In this document: positions 1 through 6,009 of the stretch, piece by piece | Numbering within the stretch: position 1 is the first letter of the stretch | How the letters are laid out: each line of letters starts with the position of its first letter | NCBI GenBank assembly: GCA_044346095.1 | Contig: JBIIZV010000001.1 | Location: forward strand, 1 to 33,458 | Origin: Candidatus Nanopelagicales bacterium | Lineage (GTDB): Bacteria; Actinomycetota; Actinomycetes; S36-B12; UBA5976 | DNA length: 33,458 bases | Reading direction: 5' to 3' | The notes under the pieces: generated by a model | Seen by the model: the letters and a program-made list of their open reading frames with translations, nothing else | Databases searched by the model: none | Told to the model about the DNA's origin: nothing | Translations under genes and position numbers: made by a program

Positions 1-1091
1 GTTCCAATAACTGCAGGAACATCCTTGAAGCTAACTGCACGAGTGGACTTTGAATCACCAAATTCGGCAACGTCGCCAACGAAAGATCCGGATGGGCGAT
101 CGATTCCAATGCGAACTAATTCGCGCTGGGCCTCGGCAATGTCAGATGCCTTGTCGGACATTAGAACTAGCTGCTTCTCATAAGGGAACATCCAGCCGAA
201 GTAAGTTGCCATAGAGCCATCAATGCCAAATGACATTGTGCCTGGTACGTGTGCAGCAGCCCATGAACTTCTTGTGCGAAGATCAACGATCCACGCACCA
301 GACTTCATCGCCTTCATTACTTCCTCAGTAGACATCCGAGCCAACTCAGAAAGATCAATTGGTCCTGGGCCGGCATGATTCGCTGGACCCATGTGCTTGT
401 AGTAGGCAGGGAAGACATCTAGGCCAGCAAGAGTCTGAACTATGTACGCTTCCTTCTCTAACAGAAGCGCTGGATTTGTCTTCTTCTCATCAGCGATAGT
501 CGAAGAGTCGCCACAAGTTGCAGTCGCTGCGCAGAATGATCCAAAGCCATGGGTTGGATGGACATTTACGCCATCTTCTAGCATTTCTGCGAGTCGATGT
601 AGCGATCCATGTTGTAGTCCGGCAAGTTCACGAGCTTTATCCATGCCAAGTAAGTCAGGACGACCAGTTGAACCGTGCAACATCGAGCCACCGGTGAAAA
701 CACCATGAGCTTTTTCTGCACCATCAAGTAGGGCATATGACATGTGAGTAAACGTGTGACCTGGGGTGTGGAGGGCCTTAACCGCAAAGTCACCAATTGC
801 CTCGATTTGAGTGTCGGCGACGGTAACGCGCTCGAAGGTGACGGGATCCATTTCGCTAACGATGTACTTTGCACCATGCTTCTGGGCAAGTACTAAGCCG
901 CCAGAAACGTAGTCATTGTGCATGTGAGTCTCAACAACTCCACCTAGGATCAGTCCTTCGCGATCAAGAATTGCCTCTACGCGATCAATGTCACGTTGTG
1001 GATCAACCGCGAGCGCAGTCTTGCCGTCATGTGCGATGTAAGAGCGATCGCCCAGTGTTGGTGTATCAATGTTGATTACTGTTAAAGCCAT
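1..1091 (-). CDS. MBL-fold persulfide dioxygenase fused to rhodanese-homology domain (CstB-like), C-terminus runs off the window
   Basis: Hand translation from ATG 1091 (SD GGAGGAATT upstream) is open to position 1 (>363 aa): MALTVINIDTPTLGDRSYIAHDG...ETHMHNDYVSG...HTPGHTFTH..., then a rhodanese-like module (AWIVDLRTRSSWAAAHVPG). It is missing from the ORF track because it has no stop inside the window. It sits directly downstream of sqr. Confidence 0.8.
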   Translation of the reverse strand, partial: MALTVINIDTPTLGDRSYIAHDGKTALAVDPQRDIDRVEAILDREGLILGGVVETHMHNDYVSGGLVLAQKHGAKYIVSEMDPVTFERVTVADTQIEAIGDFAVKALHTPGHTFTHMSYALLDGAEKAHGVFTGGSMLHGSTGRPDLLGMDKARELAGLQHGSLHRLAEMLEDGVNVHPTHGFGSFCAATATCGDSSTIADEKKTNPALLLEKEAYIVQTLAGLDVFPAYYKHMGPANHAGPGPIDLSELARMSTEEVMKAMKSGAWIVDLRTRSSWAAAHVPGTMSFGIDGSMATYFGWMFPYEKQLVLMSDKASDIAEAQRELVRIGIDRPSGSFVGDVAEFGDSKSTRAVSFKDVPAVIG

Positions 1092-1119
1092 AATTCCTCC
1101 ACTTAGATGTTTCAACTGT

Positions 1120-1135
1120 ATACCCTAGGGGGTAT
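1120..1135. promoter_or_regulatory. CsoR/CstR-type operator, ATACCC-N4-GGGTAT (copy 1)
   Basis: ATACCCtaggGGGTAT lies between the sqr stop (1149) and the dioxygenase start (1091). The same inverted repeat recurs at 2417 and 3261, and a CsoR-family repressor is encoded at 5156. Confidence 0.65.
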
Positions 1136-1148
1136 CTAAAGCAAGAGG

Positions 1149-2351
1149 TTAAGCGCGTCCCTTTAACATGAAATTCCAGTACAAAACCGGCAATCCGTGC
1201 TTCTTAACCATGTACATGTCGTAACGTTCTTTCGTCATATCAAGCACTGGGAATGTCGGAGTTCGCTTGAGTTCGTAGTTGAACTCAGCCATGACGCACT
1301 TGTTGACACCTGTGATTAGCGGGCAGGAGGCGTAACCGTCATAGTACTTTGTTGCTGGCTTAGATGCTCTAGCAGCTACCAAATTTGCAACTAAGACTGG
1401 AGCTTGCTTGCGAATTGCAGCACCTGTCTTTGAGTTAGGTGTAGTTGTGCAGTCACCTAAACCAAAGATGTTCGAGTAGCGGGAATGTTGCAAAGTGTGC
1501 TTATCCACTTCTACATAACCGAAGGCATTGTTTGGATCAGCAATTTGGCTGTTCGCAATCCAATCCGGCGCGCTTTGCGGCGGAGTAATGTGCGCCATGG
1601 CGGCCTTAAGTACCTTGGTGTCACCTGTTGGGTTATGGCGAATAGTTATGTCGTTTGTGTTTGCATCCACAGCGATAACTTCGCTCTCGAAGTGAACCTG
1701 GATGCCATAACGATTTACAACTTCAGTAAGGGTTGCGGCAAACTCCGGTACACCGAACATGCCAGGAGTAGGTAGCACCATGTGCACATCAATGTCTTTG
1801 AGCGTGCCTTGCTTGCGCCAATAGTCTGCGGCTAAGTAGGCAATCTTCTGCGGTGCACCCGCACACTTAATTGGTCCAGCTGGCATGCTAAAAACGGCAA
1901 CGCCTGACTTGGTGTCCTGGATCGCCTTCCAGGTGTAATCCGTTAGATCGAATCGGTAATTCGTAGAGATATTGTTTTTGCCTAGCGCCTCGGGCAATCC
2001 GGAAATTTTTGACCAGTTCAACTGAATTCCTGCAGCCATGACTAGCCACTTGTATTTAACGGTTTTGCCGCTAGCTAATGTGACCGTATTGGAATCCGGA
2101 TCAACTGCCGTAGCTGAATCCTTGATCCAAGTTTGACCTTTTGGAATTAGGTTAGCTTGAGGACGCACAGAATCAGCAGCTTTAGACTGTCCGCCACCTA
2201 CCAACGTCCATAGTGGTTGGTAGTAATGATCTTCGCTTGGTTCAATAATGGCAACGTCCTTGATGCCAGCGCGCTTTAGGCGAGCTGCAACCGTGATGCC
2301 AGCAGTTCCGCCACCTACAACAACAACATCGTGCATTAATTCATTAGACAT
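1149..2351 (-). CDS. sqr: sulfide:quinone oxidoreductase, type II-like (FAD-dependent)
   Basis: N-terminal Rossmann VVVVGGGTAGI. GPIKCAGAPQK and GLGDCTTTPNSKTGAA Cys motifs are typical of SQRDL-type SQR. SD GGAGGG lies before the ATG. Confidence 0.85.
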   Translation of the reverse strand: MSNELMHDVVVVGGGTAGITVAARLKRAGIKDVAIIEPSEDHYYQPLWTLVGGGQSKAADSVRPQANLIPKGQTWIKDSATAVDPDSNTVTLASGKTVKYKWLVMAAGIQLNWSKISGLPEALGKNNISTNYRFDLTDYTWKAIQDTKSGVAVFSMPAGPIKCAGAPQKIAYLAADYWRKQGTLKDIDVHMVLPTPGMFGVPEFAATLTEVVNRYGIQVHFESEVIAVDANTNDITIRHNPTGDTKVLKAAMAHITPPQSAPDWIANSQIADPNNAFGYVEVDKHTLQHSRYSNIFGLGDCTTTPNSKTGAAIRKQAPVLVANLVAARASKPATKYYDGYASCPLITGVNKCVMAEFNYELKRTPTFPVLDMTKERYDMYMVKKHGLPVLYWNFMLKGRA

Positions 2352-2416
2352 TAGCCCTCCAAGACTTCAAAAAATTTATAGATTCGAGACCAAAAGCAAT
2401 GTACTAGAAAACCTGC

Positions 2417-2432
2417 ATACCCTGGAGGGTAT
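2417..2432. promoter_or_regulatory. CsoR/CstR-type operator, ATACCC-N4-GGGTAT (copy 2)
   Basis: ATACCCtggaGGGTAT, 66 nt upstream of the sqr start and 10 nt past the methyltransferase stop. Confidence 0.65.
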
Positions 2433-2441
2433 TTGGAAAAT

Positions 2442-3215
2442 TTATTTATCCCACCAAATCGTGGCCAAAGCCCTTGATTCCATTGGCTCCTGAGCCTCGA
2501 GGAACTCTCTGATTTCGGCGTCTCTTGAACTGTCTAGGCACAAACGAATCCGCAGAAACCGAACATCGTCCTCAATATCCAGCGGCCGCAGCTTTGGTCC
2601 GTTCCACAATTCCAAGTTGGCAGATATTCCCATTTGAGCCAGCACTTCAACTAAATCTTGAGGAGTTGGATTAACCGGGCGCTCTAGTTCCCAAAAGTGC
2701 TTCCAAGAATTGCGCATTGTTGCAAGCGGGTGCTGCTGTGGCAGTTCGATTACTACCCGCTTTGTGGCATGAGAATTTAGAGCGGCCAGGAACGGTTCAA
2801 TTGCAGCCACGTTGTATGCCACGTGGTGACAAGTAACAACATCAGCGCTTGGAGTCTGAGGCGCAACATCTGGCCAGTCGCCCAAAACTTCCGTGTGTTT
2901 GAAACCTTTATCGTCTGCGGATTGCGCAAACATTTTGAGCATCTCACCCTGGTGATCAACTCCGATAACGGTCCCTGCCGGTGGCGCAATCGCAAACGCG
3001 GCAATCCCGCCTCCACAACCAATGTCCAGGACGCTTCCGCCAGCAGGTACCGCTTCGCGCGCCCGTTGGTGTGATGGACTATCCGGAATTTCACTTGGCA
3101 AAGTAAACATTGCAGGTGGATGGATCCATGGAGATTCGGGTGCCTGAGCCATGATGTTTTCAGGTATTGCCCATTCAGCTAGATCTTCTGCCCATTTTTG
3201 TGCTGCGTTACTCAT
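2442..3215 (-). CDS. class I SAM-dependent methyltransferase
   Basis: Motif I VLDIGCGGGIAAFA. The ORF-track start at 3227 is TTG inside a GGAGAG SD, so ATG 3215 (MSNAAQKW...) is preferred. Confidence 0.8.
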   Translation of the reverse strand: MSNAAQKWAEDLAEWAIPENIMAQAPESPWIHPPAMFTLPSEIPDSPSHQRAREAVPAGGSVLDIGCGGGIAAFAIAPPAGTVIGVDHQGEMLKMFAQSADDKGFKHTEVLGDWPDVAPQTPSADVVTCHHVAYNVAAIEPFLAALNSHATKRVVIELPQQHPLATMRNSWKHFWELERPVNPTPQDLVEVLAQMGISANLELWNGPKLRPLDIEDDVRFLRIRLCLDSSRDAEIREFLEAQEPMESRALATIWWDK

Positions 3216-3260
3216 AGTGCTCTCCAAAACTTATTACGGGTGTCCCCAGAAGTTCTAAGT

Positions 3261-3276
3261 ATACCCCTAGGGGTAT
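3261..3276. promoter_or_regulatory. CsoR/CstR-type operator, ATACCC-N4-GGGTAT (copy 3), in divergent promoter region
   Basis: ATACCCctagGGGTAT is a perfect 16-bp palindrome. It lies 46 nt from the methyltransferase start and 39 nt from the rhodanese-lipoprotein start. Confidence 0.7.
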
Positions 3277-3314
3277 GTTATAGTTTCCTAACACCAGATT
3301 AGAGGGGACGTTAA

Positions 3315-3710
3315 ATGAAGAAGGCAGTAGCACTTGCGGTAGCAGCGATTGCATCCGTAGGTCTTTTGGCTGGTTGCTCCAGTAGCAATGAAGCCACCAA
3401 GAAAGTTGATCCAGTCGAGTTCAGCGAAGTAATTGCGCAACCGGGTGTAATCATCCTGGACGTTCGCACTCCAGAAGAGTTCAATGCTGGACACATTGAA
3501 AATGCAATCAACATCAATGTTGCAGACTCAAATTTCTCTAGCGAAGTTTCAAAGCTAGATAAGAACGCGACAGTTGCTGTGTATTGCCGCAGTGCTAATC
3601 GTTCAGCCGTAGCAACAAAAGAAATGGCTGAGCTTGGATTCACAGACATGTATGACATGCAGGGTGGAATCATCGATTGGGAAGCTGCTGGCGGACCAGT
3701 AGTTCAATAA
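3315..3710 (+). CDS. rhodanese-domain sulfurtransferase, predicted lipoprotein
   Basis: Signal peptide with lipobox MKKAVALAVAAIASVGLLAGC. Active-site loop VYCRSANRS. Confidence 0.85.
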   Translation: MKKAVALAVAAIASVGLLAGCSSSNEATKKVDPVEFSEVIAQPGVIILDVRTPEEFNAGHIENAININVADSNFSSEVSKLDKNATVAVYCRSANRSAVATKEMAELGFTDMYDMQGGIIDWEAAGGPVVQ

Positions 3711-3748
3711 GACTTTTAATCAATTAACTAATAGAAAAAGGAAATCAG

Positions 3749-3922
3749 ATGTGTAGTCGAGTTAACTGCCGTAAGTGCGGCAAGGTTACATACAGTGGCT
3801 GTGGCCAACACTTAGACATGGTGTTTGCTGGCGTGCCAATGAGCAATCGTTGCGATTGCGCTTCAAAGAAAAAGGAATCGGGCGAAAAGTCATCATTCTT
3901 CGGAAAGCTTTTTGGTAAGTAA
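3749..3922 (+). CDS. 57-aa cysteine-rich small protein (6 Cys + 1 His in first 37 residues), function unknown
   Basis: Not in the ORF track (<60 aa). Sequence MCSRVNCRKCGKVTYSGCGQHLDMVFAGVPMSNRCDCASKKKESGEKSSFFGKLFGK. SD AAAAAGGAAA lies upstream. Its stop overlaps the next start (TAATG at 3920-3924). Confidence 0.6.
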   Translation: MCSRVNCRKCGKVTYSGCGQHLDMVFAGVPMSNRCDCASKKKESGEKSSFFGKLFGK

Positions 3923-4428
3923 TGACACCGACTTGCTTAACTGCAGTAATGCTGTGGCCTGCTAGAAGGTGGGTCACAGCAATTGCTGTGGCGATCGCAA
4001 CTTTTTTCATTATTGGAATTCCAACTGCAGTTATCGAAAATCCCGTATTTGGCAGAGCAGTTGGCGTCACTCCGTGGTCCGTGCCCGTTTTGATCGCAAC
4101 TTCTGTTCTGTCAGGGATGCTCTTCGCTACCTACGTGCGGATGGATGCGGTTATCACAGACGAGAGCTCGGCAAAAGTTGGTTCAATAGGTGGCTTCCTT
4201 GCGTACCTAGCCGTTGGCTGCCCAGTGTGCAACAAGTTGGTGTTGATTGCACTTGGTTCAACCGGAGCAATTCAATACTTTGGTCCAGTTCAGCCCTATT
4301 TAGGCGCGGCTGGACTCCTGCTTTTGATGTACGCCCTGCGCAAGCGACTGGTAAATGAATCCCAGTGCGCATTACCAAAGCCGAAAAAAGTTAAAGAACA
4401 ACCTCAACTAGACGAAATAAATCGATAA
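3922..4428 (+). CDS. 4-TM membrane protein with intramembrane CPVC motif, function unknown
   Basis: Four hydrophobic segments. GCPVCNKLVLIALG lies in predicted TM3, with additional Cys5 and C-terminal QCALP. Translationally coupled to the small Cys-rich ORF and followed by thioredoxin. Confidence 0.7.
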   Translation: MTPTCLTAVMLWPARRWVTAIAVAIATFFIIGIPTAVIENPVFGRAVGVTPWSVPVLIATSVLSGMLFATYVRMDAVITDESSAKVGSIGGFLAYLAVGCPVCNKLVLIALGSTGAIQYFGPVQPYLGAAGLLLLMYALRKRLVNESQCALPKPKKVKEQPQLDEINR

Positions 4429-4434
4429 GGGAAA

Positions 4435-4815
4435 ATGATGGCAACTCTAGAGTTAACCAAAGAAAATTTCGAAGCAACAGTTACTGGATCAGGCATTGTG
4501 CTGGTTGATTTTTGGGCAGAATGGTGTGGCCCATGCCGCATGTTTGGACCAGTATTTGAAGCCGCTTCAAATGAACGCGAGCACATTAAGTTCGGAAAAG
4601 TAGATACTGAAGCACAGCGAGAAATTGCGGCCGCCGCAAACATCACATCAATTCCAACCCTGATGGCATTTCGCGATGGAATCTTGGTTTTCAGCCAACC
4701 AGGTGCTTTACCTGCGCCAGCATTCAATGAACTTCTTGACGCCGTGGAAGCGCTCGACATGGAAGAAGTTCGTGCCGAGATTGCTAAACAACAAACTCAG
4801 ACAACAAACGCTTAA
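4435..4815 (+). CDS. trxA: thioredoxin
   Basis: VDFWAEWCGPCRM active site and typical length. Confidence 0.9.
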   Translation: MMATLELTKENFEATVTGSGIVLVDFWAEWCGPCRMFGPVFEAASNEREHIKFGKVDTEAQREIAAAANITSIPTLMAFRDGILVFSQPGALPAPAFNELLDAVEALDMEEVRAEIAKQQTQTTNA

Positions 4816-4847
4816 ACTAATTACACCCCAAGGAATCGAGGATAGTG

Positions 4848-5159
4848 ATGCAAGAGATTTCAGCCGTTGAATTAATGGCCTTGTACAAAAACGTTTCAGT
4901 CGTAGACGTTCGCGAAATGGATGAGTATGTTGATGGCCATGTGCCTGGTGCAAAGCACATCCCACTTTCCATGATTCCAGTTCGAAATAATGAAATTGAT
5001 AAGGGAACTAAGCACTATGTAATCTGCGAGGCAGGTGGCAGATCTGCTCAGGCTTGCGCATTCTTGGAGCAACAGGGATTTGATGTAGTCAACATTGCTG
5101 GTGGCACCGGCTCCTGGCGAATGATGGGTGCACCTTTGAACACAGGAGAGCAAGCGTGA
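4848..5159 (+). CDS. single-domain rhodanese sulfurtransferase
   Basis: Active-site loop CEAGGRS. GAGGA SD is 5 nt before ATG 4848; the track start GTG 4845 is too close to the SD. Confidence 0.85.
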   Translation: MQEISAVELMALYKNVSVVDVREMDEYVDGHVPGAKHIPLSMIPVRNNEIDKGTKHYVICEAGGRSAQACAFLEQQGFDVVNIAGGTGSWRMMGAPLNTGEQA

Positions 5160-5446
5160 GTGCTGTAAAGAAGCCAACACATGTTGTCGAAGACGAGTTA
5201 GCTCTAGATGATTTTGTTAAGCGAATCCGTAGGGCTGAGGGTCAAATGGGTGGAATTCTTCGCATGGTCGAAGAAGGTCGTTCCTGTGAAGACATAGTTA
5301 ATCAGCTTGCTGCAGTTTCTAAAGCGATCGACAAAGCAGCCTTTAGCTTGATTTCTGCTGGACTTAAAGAATGTCTAACTGATGGCAAGAAGAACCATGA
5401 AGAAGTTTCTGCGCAATTGCAAAAACTTTTTCTAACTATGGCCTAG
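5156..5446 (+). CDS. CsoR/RcnR-family repressor, CstR-like (two Cys, no His at the metal position)
   Basis: DUF156-type helical protein. Cys in GRSCEDIV and in LKECL. The residue 4 positions before the second Cys is Gly rather than the Cu-ligand His of CsoR. GTG start overlaps the preceding stop (GTGA). Confidence 0.8.
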   Translation: MSAVKKPTHVVEDELALDDFVKRIRRAEGQMGGILRMVEEGRSCEDIVNQLAAVSKAIDKAAFSLISAGLKECLTDGKKNHEEVSAQLQKLFLTMA

Positions 5447-5958
5447 TCCGCAAAGGTTGATGCTACTGCGTCATTTAGTCGGCTCACCAGGTTCGGTGCT
5501 ACTGCAACTGCATCGGCTGAATCATGGGTTCGGTAACGAAGCGCATTTAGATTTTGGCCAGTGCGTAAAACGGCACTCACAATCCGCACGTCACGTCTCT
5601 CTGGATGATCAGAGGCGGCTTGCACAAGTGCAGAGTCATCATTTGAAGGTAAATCTGATTCTGCAGATGGTGGCAAAACAATTCGCTCCAAAACCACAAT
5701 TGCTCCAGCTACGTCCTCTGGCCAAGCAATGGTTGCCAGTAATTCATCCAGCTCTAGGGCATCCTCAATTTCCTGCTCCACGGAAGTAAGAGGCATATCT
5801 GCGCTGATTCCTAGCTCTCCAGCCAGATCTGGATTGGCTGACAGCAGGCTGGCTGTGGGCACTAAGGCAAATAGCCGAACTGGTTGATCCCAACCGGCAC
5901 TGGCTACGTGGTCTTCGACTTCCCGAATCAAGGGTTCTAGGTTTGAAGCAAAATCCAT
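5443..5958 (-). CDS. conserved actinobacterial hypothetical protein (possibly the PPA1309 family that pairs with UPF0182)
   Basis: 171-aa acidic soluble ORF divergent from UPF0182. Family name is recalled from memory and not verified. Confidence 0.55.
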   Translation of the reverse strand: MDFASNLEPLIREVEDHVASAGWDQPVRLFALVPTASLLSANPDLAGELGISADMPLTSVEQEIEDALELDELLATIAWPEDVAGAIVVLERIVLPPSAESDLPSNDDSALVQAASDHPERRDVRIVSAVLRTGQNLNALRYRTHDSADAVAVAPNLVSRLNDAVASTFAD

Positions 5959-6009
5959 AGGGTAAGTCTGCCGTATGTGGATTGCGAAATTTCAACGTAA
6001 GGTATTTAA

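Noticed and set aside
442-1075. Track ORFs 442-708 (+), 578-889 (-) and 869-1075 (+)
   Set aside because: All lie inside, and out of frame with or antisense to, the long open minus-strand frame 1-1091. That frame encodes a recognisable MBL-fold dioxygenase, and these ORFs have no motifs of their own.
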